A stretch of DNA of 64,000 bases from Octopus vulgaris (Eukaryota), in the NCBI GenBank assembly GCA_951406725.2, contig OX597830.1, positions 31,372,001 to 31,436,000 of the forward strand. Direction: 5' to 3'. The notes under the pieces were generated by a model. It was given only the letters and a program-made list of their open reading frames with translations. It had not been told where the DNA came from and did no database searches. The position numbers and the translations under genes are program-made. Shown piece by piece: positions 15,480 to 28,818 of the stretch. How positions within the stretch are numbered: the stretch's first letter is position 1; every line of letters starts with the position of its first letter.

Positions 15480-15688
15480 TTTTTAACCTGTTTCAATATA
15501 TGGACTGCGGCTATGCTGGAGCACCGACTTGACGGTTTTTTTAGTAGAGCAAAACCGATGCAATACTTAGTTTATTGTTAAGTCTGGTACTTGACTTATT
15601 CTGACAGTCGGTCATTTTTGCCGTGATGCTATCACGGGAACGTAAACAAACCGACAACGGTTGACAAGAGGTGGTGGTGGACAAACAC

Positions 15689-15742
<54 letters not shown>

Positions 15743-15988
15743 TCTTTTATTCTTTTACTTGTTTCAGTCATTTGACTGCGGCCATGCTGGAGCACCGCCT
15801 TGAAGGATCTTAGTCGAACAAATCGACCCCAGGACTTCTTTTGTTTCTTTTAAAGCCTAGTACCTACTGTGTCGGATCTCTTTTGTTGGACTGCTAAGTT
15901 ACGGGGACGTAAACACACCAACACTGGTTATCAAGCGGTAACGGGGGACAAACGTAATCACAAACGCACACACACACACACACACACA

Positions 15989-16040
<52 letters not shown>

Positions 16041-16340
16041 CGACGGGCTTCTTTCAGTTTCCGTTTACCAAATCCACTCACAAGGATTTGGTCAGGCCGA
16101 GGCTATAGTAGAAGACACTTGCCCAAGGTGCCATGCAGTGGGACTGAACCTGGAACCATGTTGTTGGGAAGCAACCTTCGTACCACACAGCCACACCTGG
16201 CTTCTTTTCAGTTTCCGTCAACCAAATCCGCTCAAGATGATCTGGTCGACCCGGAACAATAGTGGATGTCACTTACTCAATATGCGGTGAAGTGGGATTG
16301 AACCCAAGACGACATAGTTGTGAAGCAAGCTTTTCTACCA
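15480..16340 (-). mobile_element. Cluster of SINE family B copies (full copy 15742-16198 between two halves)
   Basis: Repeated GACTGCGGCCATGCTGGAGCACCG and CTTTCAGTTTCCG motifs. Confidence 0.85.
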
Positions 16341-16719
16341 CGCATCCACGCCTGTGCGCCACGACGACGACGACCACAACCACCACCAATAACAACAACA
16401 ATAACACCTGCAGTACAAATTAATGAAGGAGTCTTTAGAGCAGAAATGGATAAATTACGTCCCGCGGGACTTCTTGAATGGCATGTCTAACGAAAAATTA
16501 CCTTGAATTTTTTTTAGTAGATTCAGTCCACCTGATGAGTCTAGTATCAAGCGCCCCGCATCTCGAAAACCGTTACCCATAACTACTTTAGGCGGTCGCT
16601 CGACATACTAGAAACAGTAGCCAAATTATTCTCAAATTGCATGTAAATATCTTTAAATATGAAGTACATATTGAATAATGTAGTTAAAAATGCTTTAAGT
16701 TTGGTGGAGTAATAATCCT

Positions 16720-17062
16720 TTCTGCTAAAGGCTCAAGGCCCTGCAATTTTGGGAAGGGGACTAGTCGATAACATCGACCCCAGTGTTTCACTAGTAATTA
16801 ATTTATCGACACCGAAAGGATGTTCGGCAAAGTCGACCTCGGTGGAATTTGAACTCAGAACGTATAGACGGATGGAATACCTATTTCTATTTCTTTACGA
16901 CCCGCAAGGGGCTAAACACAGGGAGGACAAACCAGGGCAGACAAACGGATTAAGTCGATTATATCGACCCTAGTGTGTAACTGGTACGTATTTAATTGAC
17001 TCCGAAAGGATGAAAGGCAAAGCATTTCGCCCGGCGTGCTAACGTTTCTGCCAGCTTGCTGC
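16720..17062 (-). mobile_element. Tandem or nested SINE family A copies
   Basis: Two cores joined at GAATAC-CTATTTCTATTTC. Confidence 0.8.
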
Positions 17063-17099
17063 CTATGCGGTAATAAATCCGCCACCTCGCTGCCTTATG

Positions 17100-17173
<74 letters not shown>

Positions 17174-17195
17174 GATAATGATAATAATGATGATG

Positions 17196-17232
<37 letters not shown>

Positions 17233-17750
17233 TAACAACCAACACCAACACGAACTTCCAGCTTGTCTCTTGAGGTCTCTGGGTGAGACTTGGAGTCAAC
17301 TTGTACAAATGTAAAGCCAAAGTCAAACATAAAATAATAATAATGATAATGTGTGTGAGCGTTTGTGTGTGTGTTAACTACATGCCAGGTGTATATATGG
17401 TGGTTATCGCGAAGAATCACGGGAATAAATTCTGAGCACTTTTAGACTGCTCGTACCGATAAAAGTATCATAACAATTTTCGACAGACTACGTGACCTAT
17501 TCACACAGTGAAAGCAAAAGAAAAAGGCAACGGTATAAACACGGCAACAATGCGCTTTTCGGGGCCCTCGAGCTAACTCTAGAAAAACTGATAATTTGTA
17601 AATTAGAAGGGCCGGGAAAAAAAAACGTAATTAATAGATTTAGTGAGTACTAGACATGAAATAAGTACAAGGACAAACTTTTGGGAAGAAACCGTCCAGT
17701 CTGATGACTAAAACACGGAAAAGAATAATACATACATACATACATACATA

Positions 17751-17995
17751 CAAGTTCAGGTTTATACCTGTAATTATTGGGGTACTGGCATATGTAACAC
17801 ACTGCCTAAATACCAATCTTGAGAAATTATGCTTCTCAAAGCCAGAAAGGAGAAAGCTGATTTGAAGACTACAGATCCAATTTATCAGTGGAACTATAAA
17901 GATCTGTAAAACTTCCCAAGAGTTTATCATTTAAGTATATATGAGCATGTCTAGATATGTAACTATATGCATGGGAATACATATGTAAAACAAAA
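17751..17995 (+). mobile_element. Shorter R4/Dong-type 3' fragment, tandem with the next copy
   Basis: Homologous to 18315-18560; flanked by (CATA)n on both sides. Confidence 0.8.
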
Positions 17996-18139
17996 CATAC
18001 ATACATACATACATACATACATACATACATACATACATACATACATACATACATACATACATACATACATACATACATACATACACACATACATACATAA
18101 ATACATACATACATACATGCATGCATGCATGCATATACC

Positions 18140-19170
18140 TCAAAAAGTGTATGCACAACAGATCTGATATAATGATTTGGGTTAGAGAAAAGAAACTGTG
18201 CACAGTTATGGAAATTAGCTGCCCAGCGGATGTTAACGTAAAGCTGAAGTTCAGTGAAAAAGAGAACACCTATGCTGAACTATTGAGAAATCTGCAGTTA
18301 CTCTATCCAGATTACAAGTTCAGGTTTATACCTGTAATTATTGGGGCCCTGGGATATATAATACACTGCTTAAATGCCAATCTTGAGTAATTAGGCTTCT
18401 CAACACCAGGGAGGAAAATGTTAATTCGAAGACTATAGATCCAATCCATCACCGGAACTGCAAAAGTCTGTAAGACTTTCCAGAAGTTTATCATTTAAAT
18501 ATATATGAGCATGTCTAGATATGCAACTATATGAATGAGAATACATATATAAAACGTACAAATCTGCACATACATACATACATACATACATACATACATA
18601 CATACATACATACATACATACATACATACATACATGCATACATACATACATGTATACATACATACATGCATACATACATACATGCATACATACATGCATA
18701 CATACATACATAATACATACATGCATACATACATGCATACATGCATACATGCATACATACATACATACATACATGCATACATACATGCATACATACATAC
18801 ATACATACATACATACATACATACATACATACATGCATACATACATACATGCATACATACATACATACATACATACATACATACATACATACATACATAC
18901 ATACATACATACGCACGTACGTACAAAAAAAATACCCTGTTGTTGATGTTGAAATTCCAAAGAAGGAACCTTGGATCTAGGTTAGAAACCGGTTCTTTCT
19001 CTCTTGGCGAGAAATCTTAACATAAACTGAATAATGACATCCATACATATATACATTTATACAAAAATACCCTGTTGTTGCTGAAATTCCAATTAAGGAG
19101 CCTTGGGTCTAGGTGAGAAACCCACTCTTTCTCTATTAGCAAGAAATCTTGAAATAAAACTGAATAATGA
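18140..19170 (+). mobile_element. R4/Dong-clade LINE 3' fragment (restriction-like endonuclease) with (CATA)n-expanded, partly duplicated 3' UTR
   Basis: HNRSDIMIWVREKKLCTVMEISCPADVNV...EKENTY...IPVIIGALG matches the RLE PD..D/E motif; ~110-bp 3' segment repeated at ~18925 and ~19063. Confidence 0.8.
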
Positions 19171-19337
19171 CATACATACATACATACATACATACATACA
19201 TACATACACACATACACACATACATACATACATACATACATACATACATACATACATACATACATACATACATACATACATACACACATACATACATACA
19301 TACATACATACATACATACATACATACATACATACAA

Positions 19338-20525
19338 CTTGAGGAAAGGTTTAAAATGAGATCTGTGACAGATCTCTTCCTAAGGAGTATTGGTAAGATC
19401 TGTTTATCAGAAGAATAAAATAAAAAAAAGAAATAATCTAATTCATTGAGAATGTAGTAGATGGGTACTTGGCACGAAAACACAAACCATAGAAGGAATT
19501 GATTTTGTCAAAAGCTTGACACGCAGTATCGACAAATTTATGACATACTCCTTCGAAGGTTATATGCATGCAATTCAAGACCCAGAGATTCCCACCAAGT
19601 AACTACAGTCTAAAAGGCAGAAATCATTGATGGATAACAAATGTAGGCTGTACTTAACCAAAACTGTAGACACCAAGAACATTATTACCAGCTGCGAGAA
19701 AATGCCGTCTAGATATTATCTTTCCTATGAGGTATGATGCGATGGCCAGAACAGTCTGGAATAGGATAGCAAATAAAGAAACCACCTACGGACGAAGCTG
19801 ACTATATTGAGACCGATGTGTCAAAAGAATATTAGTGGAACTTAAAAAAAGTTAAAACACAACCGGTCAGATATTGTTATGTCGAAGGCGGCCAGCTGGC
19901 AGAAACGTTAGCACGCCGGGCGAAATGCTTAGCGGTATTTCGTCTGCCGTTACGTTCTGAGTTCAAATTCCGCCAAGGTCGACTTTGCCTTTCATCCTTT
20001 CGGGGTCGATAAATTAAGTACCAGTTACGCACTGGGGTCGATGTAATCGACTTAATCCGTTTGTCTGTCTTGTTTGTCCCGTCTGGGTTTAGCCCCTTGT
20101 GGGTAATAAAGAAACAGATATTGTTATGTCGGACCACAGGGAAAGAATATCGTTTGTTGTGGAAATAAGCTGCACTCTGGCGGCCAATGTGGTTAGAAAA
20201 ATACAAGAGAAAGAAGGAATCTATGTACCACTGATAAAGAGCTTCCAAATACACTTTCAGCTTAATATCTGTTACTATTGGACAATAGGATACATACCAA
20301 CCCGTCTGGTGCGAAGTATGGCTGAGCTTGGGTTTTTGGAGAGAGAATGCAAATCCTTAATTCGTACTCTACAAATGATTACGATATTTGGGACTATAAA
20401 AATCTGCAAGACCTTAAGTTTGCAGGGATGATGAACAAAACAAAATGCTTTCCTTCACAAGCTTGTGCCCAAGCAAACAGGTGGCCGGTCAAAATTTATT
20501 CTAAATTAAAAAGAGAAAGAGAACA
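19338..20525 (+). mobile_element. Diverged R4/Dong-type LINE fragment (zinc knuckle plus RLE) interrupted by a SINE
   Basis: EGYMHAIQD...DNKCRL...IITSCEKMPSRYYL, then DIVMSDHRERISFVVEISC; flanked by (CATA)n. Confidence 0.72.
19885..20114 (+). mobile_element. tRNA-derived SINE family A, full length with TSD
   Basis: A-box-like TGGCAGAAACGTTAG, B-box GAGTTCAAATTCC; 17-bp TSD CAGATATTGTTATGTCG (19868-19884, 20115-20131). Confidence 0.92.
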
Positions 20526-20540
20526 TACATACATACAAAA

Positions 20541-20933
20541 ATTATGGCTGCCCCCTCGTTATCGAGTATGGCCATTGCACGAAGCTTAATCCATGTTATC
20601 GTGCAATGCCTGTGGAAGATTTTTTTTAAAGTGAGGAAAGGCTGTGCACTGAGTCAATCCTACTCACTGAGCAACAGTGGCCATAATCCGAAAAGAAGAA
20701 CAGGTTAACATCATCGATAGCCATTGAGCCGCAGGTTTTATGTCGGAGTTATCCCAGTTACCTGAGTTACCTTCTCCTAGAAGGATGCCCTGACAAAGGC
20801 TAGGAGTCCTTCATTCCCAATGGTTTAATCGCGCGATCGGGTATTCAGTCCGATTATTTCTATCTCCCCGCGCATGATACAGCCTTAAGACATTTATTGG
20901 ATGGCCGTTGACTCTCAAGATTTCCTCCGCCCT
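20541..20933 (-). mobile_element. Second, longer copy of the (CATA)n-embedded element
   Basis: Direct homology with 10114-10457. Confidence 0.55.
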
Positions 20934-21379
20934 ACATACATACATACATACATACATACATACATACATACATACATACATACATACATACATACATACA
21001 TACATACATACATACATACATACATACATACATACATACATACATACATACTGATTCCCATTGCTCGTTATTTACTCAACGCCGTCATGATACACTATAT
21101 AACGAGCCGGTCTGGCTTTAGTTATACAAATCCTAACGGAGATGATACAAAGATTACCAGGCGGACAAGTGTCTCAGATTGAAGTCAAGTCCCTTCTACG
21201 AAGCGTTAGATTCGTTGATCACATCTTTTCAAACCGATTTTCACTCATCTGATCTTAGTCTTCAATATGCACACAAAAAGTATTAACGATGTTTGAGATA
21301 GCATCGCTAAAACATAAGTACATATCCTTTATATAATGCAATATATGTACATACCTATAAAATGCATGTGCAATGGGTA

Positions 21380-21790
21380 GCACTTTACTCATATAAAAAT
21401 GTTACAAGATCTTTAACAGAAATTCTGCAACGTGCAGTCCTAGCTACATAGCTTACATAAGGTTATAAATCTCTAAATACAACCATAAATTTATAGATAC
21501 TATACAAAGAGAATCGAATGCAGTTGCAAACTCTCGGATTGGTGATATAAGAAGAAGCTAAAAGGTAAAGTAAAAATTTATATCGGGTTAACTGAATATA
21601 CATTTAAAATTAGGATCTATATCGCACACATTCATTTACAGTCGGTGATGAAATGTCTCTATCAAAATATATCTGGTTCCTGAAAGAGAGTTCAATCGAT
21701 TTGGCTGGTAATTTAAATTTCGCCTTTGATGGCTTACTGAGGCCTTTGAATAAGCCCTTGATGACGAAATGCAAAGTTCCAGGAAAATGA
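21380..21790 (+). pseudogene. Decayed Penelope-like element ORF, GIY-YIG endonuclease region
   Basis: Frameshifted translation gives YKIFNRN (21403), GLV/YK...KIYIGLTEYTFKIR (YIG at 21579-21587) and EMSLSKYIWFLKE (21650), in the order typical of PLE linker plus GIY-YIG. Confidence 0.75.
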
Positions 21791-22254
21791 ATATTATGAA
21801 TAAATAATACCGTACGAAAAGGATAGACCTCCAGCATTAGTAAATTTTAGGCGTCTTCAACTTGTTGACGAGCAAAAAGAAATGATGCATTGACACACAC
21901 ACGCACGCACAATTATATACATATATATATATATATACACACATATACATAGATATATAAAAATGCACAAATGTAGCGGTGTGTGTGTGTGTTTGTGAGC
22001 ATGTTGTGGGTGTGAGAGGGAGACAGAGAGAGGATGAAAAATAGAGAAATATATATATATATATATGTATGTATGTGTGTGTGTATATATATATGTATGT
22101 ATACAGATAGAAACAAAGAGAGAGAGAAGCTGGAGGGGAGTAGAAAACTTAATCAGATGTATAAATTATCCAGGTATTCACGTATAAATTCCTATCTCTC
22201 TCTCCCTCCCTCTCTCATTCTCCCACTCTTTCAATCTCGCTTTCTCTCTCTCTC

Positions 22255-22317
<63 letters not shown>

Positions 22318-22578
22318 AATAAAAATTTCTGCCTGTCTACCTGACTACCTGTTTGTCTGCTATTCAGTCTGTTGCCTGTTTTTGCATGTGTGTGTGTGTG
22401 TGTGTGTTTGCGTACATGCAGAATCAGCTAGAAAGTGATGTAAAGAGCTTAACAGTAATATTGATGCACGCATCCATACAAGTACACACACTTTCTCTCT
22501 CTCTCTCTCTCCACACCCACACATACATACTAACGTACATGTACGCACACTCGTACATACGATGAGGGAGAGAGATAG

Positions 22579-22615
<37 letters not shown>

Positions 22616-22740
22616 AGGGAGTGGGAGAAGAAGAAAGAGAAAAGGTGAGACAGAAACACAGGAAGACCAAAGTATTGAACTGTAGCTCTTCTGATGTATG
22701 GATCACAACGTGCGTTGATACATGCCCACATACATACAAG

Positions 22741-22809
<69 letters not shown>

Positions 22810-23006
22810 GTAGAGAGTGGGGGCGACAGGTTGGTTAGGGCGAAAGAGATTAACAGAAAAACTGGCAGAAAACAAGAAATCTGCTGCCATTGCTAAAGCT
22901 TTTTCTTTCTAAATTCCATTTGGTTTCATAATTACATTTTTTAACCTTTGCATTGCTTATCTATGTATAGCCCTCTCAGTTAATTATTTGCACACACACG
23001 CCCTCA

Positions 23007-23104
<98 letters not shown>

Positions 23105-23293
23105 CACACGCACACGCACACATACAAAACGCTCAAACACACAAATCACCTACACACATGTAAAATTGTCTGTATTTGTACATAAAGGGTATGTATTCGT
23201 ATATACGTACATACACACACAGGCGCATGCACTCACACATATATACACACATAGACATATATATGTGTGCATATTTGTGTGTGTGTGTGTGTT

Positions 23294-23338
<45 letters not shown>

Positions 23339-23343
<5 letters not shown>

Positions 23344-23525
23344 ATCCAAACAAGAAAACACAGAAAAAAAGAGAAAAAAACACAGCAACGCAGGACGTGG
23401 AACAATTAAAGTATTATTGACGCTCAGGAAAGAAAGGAAGGAGGGTTTAACGTTTCGAGCGGAGCTCTTCGTCGGAAACAAGGAGAAGGAAAGATCCCAA
23501 GAAGGGAAGACAGAGGAAAAAACAT
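23339..23525 (-). mobile_element. Family C short element (Penelope pLTR-like) carrying minimal hammerhead at 23445-23479
   Basis: Near-identical to copies at 27158, 31098, 34912 and 55556; 3' end (...TTGGATTAAC) abuts (TA)n. Confidence 0.75.
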
Positions 23526-23548
23526 TTGAGCTGGTGGTGCTCAAGAGA

Positions 23549-23623
<75 letters not shown>

Positions 23624-23637
23624 CACGCATACACAGG

Positions 23638-23692
<55 letters not shown>

Positions 23693-23745
23693 AGTACTAA
23701 ATTTCTAAATCTCTCGTAGAGACATGTACGGTGATGGGGTGATAG

Positions 23746-24151
23746 AATGGTTGTATACTGTCAATCTAACACGAACGTGACAGTAGGGGGGTACACCACC
23801 GTTGTTTAGCCCTAGGAAACATCGACGCCTCCTGATGGCTTTGACACATTTTTCTGTGTCCTTATGTACATTTACGAAGAGGAGACAAATACCCCCAGCC
23901 GCCCGGGCTGCATCTAGGGTGTTTCAGGATGATTGTCCTTCGTCAGGCCGACGAAGGACAATCATCCTGAAACACGTGTCCCTAGATGCAGCCCGGGCGG
24001 CTGGGAGTGTTTGTCTCCCCTTCGTAAATGTACATAAGGACACAGGAAAAATGTTTCAAAGCCATCAGGAGGCGTCGATGCTTCCTAGGGTTAAACAGCG
24101 GTGGTGTACCCCCCTACTATCACGTTCGTGTTAGATTGACAGTATACAACC

Positions 24152-24154
<3 letters not shown>
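23746..24154. repeat. ~410-bp near-perfect palindrome (fold-back element) between (TA)n tracts
   Basis: AATGGTTGTATACTGTCAATCTAACACGAACGTGA...TCACGTTCGTGTTAGATTGACAGTATACAACCATT; 5-nt centre AGGCC at 23945-23949. Confidence 0.95.
23945..23983 (+). ncRNA. Minimal hammerhead motif at the centre of a ~410-bp palindrome
   Basis: AGG-CCGACGA-AGGA caatca TCCT-GAAAC-ACGT-GTC-CCT. The mirror copy on the minus strand has canonical CTGACGA but has lost 5 nt of stem III. Confidence 0.75.
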
Positions 24155-24235
<81 letters not shown>

Positions 24236-25082
24236 CAGACAAACATACACGCGCATATGTCTGTGTGTGTGTGTATGTGTGTGTGTATGTGTGTGTGTGT
24301 ACATGCATGTATATGCGCTCGCAGTGATACATATCTATAAGTAACTATCTCCTTGCAATCATGAAAAGTTTGTCTTACATTTTATAACTTGTGTATGTAT
24401 GTATGTATGTATGTACCTATGTATGTATGTAAGTATGTATGTATGTATGTATGTACCTATGTATGTATGTAAGTATGTATGTATGCATGTATGCATGTAT
24501 GTAAGTATGCATGTATGTATGTACCTATGTATCTATGTTTGTATGTATGTATGTATGTATGTATGTATGCATGTATGTACCTTCCTACCGGTCTATCTAT
24601 CTGTGTGTTTGTCCGTGTGAACTGTCCACCTTCTTTAGTTTTACATATCTCATTAGTGTCCGCTTAATTTACCTACATATTCTACAGTCTCTCTGCGATT
24701 GTCTCAACGTGTCACTGAATCTGTCTGTTTGTCTGTCAATCAGTCCAGCTGACACGACACCACGGCAATGACCATCACGACGACGATGACGACGCCCTCC
24801 CCCCTCACCATCACTAACAACAGCAACAACGGTGCTCTTGTCGTCATCGTCGACGTCGTCGTCGTTGTCGTCGTCATCATCATCATCATCATCGTCACCA
24901 AAGTACAGCTCTCTAGTTACGGTTCTGTCATGCATTGCATATCTCAAGTGACTTGCTACACACACACACACACACACAAATACTCACGCACGTATATGCA
25001 CACAGACATGTATACACACTAGTGCAAGCATACACATACAGATATTCATACAAACACATATATAGAATCTGTATATATATAT

Positions 25083-25201
<119 letters not shown>

Positions 25202-25281
25202 TGTGTATATATATATATATATAATATGTATATATATACATATGTATATATATGTATATATATATACATATATATATATTC

Positions 25282-25321
<40 letters not shown>

Positions 25322-25419
25322 TTGATACTTTGATATGTCTATTAATATATATATATATATATTGTTTACAGAGACATATCCGGGTGTAGGGGGTATCCGG
25401 GATATATATATAGGGTCAG

Positions 25420-25452
<33 letters not shown>

Positions 25453-25914
25453 ATGTATATACGCAAGTATGCACTGAGAAACAATCACACAGCAAGAAAT
25501 GAGGACACGTGTGCACGCGTACAAACTTGTACATTTGACAGCAAGAATGCACGTACAGGACACAATAGGTACATGCTCACGCGCATGCATATACATACAA
25601 AGACACACGAATGTGTTCCGTCACGTATAAACACGCGGGAAAGATTTTCAGTGAACATGCAGAAATCAATTTTCTCTCCCTTTTGCACACCCCTATTCAA
25701 ACACACACACACACTGACTTAACACCATCAGCCGAAATTGCGAGGATGATCCGGTTCTTGACTGAAGATTGAAGGCTTCGAATGTCCCGTCCGTGTTTTT
25801 TGTATCATCTTCTAAATGTTTTACGTTTTTTGTATCGTCTTATAAATGTTTTACGTTCTTGTCCCAGTTTGTATTTTTCTACATATAATATATATATATA
25901 TATATCTTGTCCTT

Positions 25915-26297
25915 GTTCTAGTTTTCAGTCATTTGACTGAGGCCATACTGGAGCAAGGCTTTGAAGAATTTTTCGTAGAGTGAATCAACTCCAGTATTTA
26001 TTTTTTTTAAAGCCTGGTACTTATTCTAGCGATGTTTTTTTTTATCGAGCCGCAAATTGCAAAGTTACTGGGACGTAAACACACCAACACCGGCTGTCAA
26101 GCGGTGTTGGGGGGACAAATACACACACTCACACACACACACACACACACGCACATATATGACGGGCTTCTTTCAGTTTCCGTCTACCAAATCCGCTGTC
26201 AAGGCTTTGGTTGGTGGCCTGAGGCTGTAGTGGGAGACACTTCGCCCAATATGCTACGCAGTGGGACTGAACCCAGAACCACGTGGCCGGGAAGCAA
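25915..26297 (-). mobile_element. SINE family B
   Basis: Homology to family B. Confidence 0.8.
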
Positions 26298-26479
26298 GAC
26301 AGACTTCCGGGATGAGTACTGCAAGGCAAGGACCACCAATCACTCAGTGACAGACCTGTACCGAGCCGCGGATAATTTGATACTGGACCGCATATTAAGA
26401 ATAAATTAAATTTTTTTCTTCTATTTTTGTTGACTACGGCAGTCTCTGCCATGGCGAGTTTCTATTATAAATATAACAT

Positions 26480-27118
26480 ATTGATTTCAAATTTTGGCCG
26501 CAATTTTTGGGGAGGGGTTGTGTCGAGTACATCGACCCAATCTTCTGCTAGTACTTTTTATCAACCCGGTAAGGATGAAAGACAAAGTCGACCTTTGCGG
26601 AATTTGAACTCAGGACGTAAAGACAGACGATATGTCGCTAAGTGTTTTGTCCGGTGTGCTAACGATTCTGCCAGCTCACCGCCTGTGATAGGTTATACGT
26701 ATTAAAAAAAAAATATATATATATACATTCTTTTCAACTCTAGGCGCAAGTACTTAAGCAACTGGTACTTAATTTATCGATCCCGAAAGGATGAAAGGCA
26801 AAGTCGACCTCGGCAGAATTTGAACTCAGAACGTAGAGACAGACGAAATACCTATTTCTATTTCTTTATTACCCACAAGGGGCTAATCACAGAGGGGACA
26901 AACAAGGACAGACATAGGTATTAAGTCGATTACATCGACCCCAGTGCGTAACTGGTACTTAATTTATCGACCCCGAAAGGATGAAAGGCAAAGTCGACCT
27001 CGGCGGAATTTGAACTCACAACGTAACGCAGACGAAATACCGCTAAGCATTTCGCCCGGCGTGCTAACGCTTCTGCCAGCTCACCCGGTGAGCTTAACTT
27101 TTCTGACAGCTCGCCGCG
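26480..27118 (-). mobile_element. Cluster of tandem or nested SINE family A copies
   Basis: Three GGATGAAAG(G/A)CAAAGTCGACCT cores; youngest copy ~26861-27082. Confidence 0.85.
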
Positions 27119-27121
27119 TTG

Positions 27122-27157
<36 letters not shown>

Positions 27158-27159
<2 letters not shown>

Positions 27160-27340
27160 AATCCAAACGGGAAACAAAAAAACAACAACAATGGAACAAT
27201 TACAGTATTATTATTAATAGGCGCTCAGGAAATGGAAGCAGGGAGGTATGACGTTTCGAGCGGAGCTCTTCGTCGGAAACATAAAGAAGGAAGAGAGAGG
27301 AAAGAAAGATCCCGGAGCGGGCAACGGAGATAGAGAAAAA
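27158..27340 (-). mobile_element. Family C short element with hammerhead motif at 27246-27281 (GUC site)
   Basis: Reverse complement GTTTCCGACGAAGAGCTCCGCTCGAAACGTCATAC; ends at (TA)n. Confidence 0.72.
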
Positions 27341-27620
27341 AACGACTGGTGTTAGGAGTAGCACATGGTGAAAGGCGGATGTTTACGATAACAAGAGCAA
27401 AGTGGGTTTTTAAAGGCAAAAGAGTGGAGACAAGGTTGGTAACGCAATACAAAATTTACATACAAAATTTAAAGGACTGACCACTAAAAGTGGACGGTCA
27501 ATATGCTAGATATAGACGTCAAAATCGCTACTTTCCACGAAGAATGTGTTCTCAAGAAAACACTCAGCAAAATCCAGGCCACTGGTTTTAATTGATTGAT
27601 ATCAATTTCTACCCTTATTG

Positions 27621-27696
<76 letters not shown>

Positions 27697-28400
27697 TATA
27701 TATATATATATATATATAGCCGAAATTGCGAGGAAAATCTGGTGTTTGACTGAGGAAAGAAAACCTCGAATGACCCGTCCTTGTTTTTTTTTGTAACGTC
27801 TATCTGGATGTTTTGCCTTCTTCTCCCATGTTGTCTTATATATATGATATTATATATAATAATTAAACCCTATGTGATCACACTTTGTGTGTGATCCTTG
27901 GTCCATGTCGTAAAAAGGTTTAGGACCACCACCATATCATAGATTCCACATGTCTGCATCTCCGGACGGGTAGTTTAGTAATTATTCACAGAAAGGCGAC
28001 CTCGACAGGATTTGAACTGCAAAGGCTTAGGAACTGGAATATATATACCGTGAAGCATTTTATCCGATACTCTAACATCTCTCCCATTTGTCCACTTGGG
28101 TCGGTTTTTACGGATCAAATTATGTAACATGTCCCGTATTAGCGAAGATTTGGCTGCTATTTCTAGCATGTCTTGAGTGCTACTCGGTTGATTCATTCAT
28201 CGTTGGTGGTGCTTGTCACGTTGATGTTTGTGTTAATACTCTTGCTACTCTCGTTGCACATGTTGCTGGTGCACTTGCTGCTGTTTACTGCACTTGTTAC
28301 TGCTGCTATGATTAGACGCAGATACCAGACCTATGAGCAAACACGTTCCTGCCCATCCGTGACCCTCTGTGGCAATCCGCGACCACCTCTTGTTTGTTTT

Positions 28401-28818
28401 ACTCTTTTACTTGTTTCACTCATTTGATTGCGGCCATGCTGGAGCACCACTCTGAAAGTTTTTATTTTTAAAAATTTTAGTCGAACAAATCGACCCCAGG
28501 TCTTTATTATTTTATTTTAAAGCCTAATACTAATTCTATCAGTCTCTTTGCCGAACCGCTAAGTTGCAGGGACATGAACACACCAACACCGGTTGTCAAG
28601 CGGTGATGAGAGGACAAACACAGACACAACGACACACACATAGCTGTATACATATATATATATATACATATATGCGACGGGCTTCTTTCAGTTTCCGTCT
28701 GCCAAATCCACTTTACAAGGTTTTGGTCGGCTCGAGGTTATAAAAGACATTTGTACAAGGTGCCACGCTGTGAGACTGAACCTAGAACCACGTGGTTGGG
28801 AAGCAAGCTTCTTACCAC
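28401..28818 (-). mobile_element. SINE family B
   Basis: Homology to family B. Confidence 0.85.

Noticed and set aside
16528-16580. CTGATGAG...GAAAACCGTTA hammerhead candidate
   Set aside because: Stem I and stem II do not pair convincingly.
19885-19975. tRNA gene
   Set aside because: A/B boxes continue into a SINE body repeated many times; no clean cloverleaf.
23828-23862. CTGATGG-CTTT-GA(A/C)AC in the palindrome arms
   Set aside because: A9 is missing, there is no stem II, and it is antisense to the better motif.
23802-24134. 110-aa ORF inside the palindrome
   Set aside because: Non-ATG start, no recognisable domain; a by-product of the inverted repeat.
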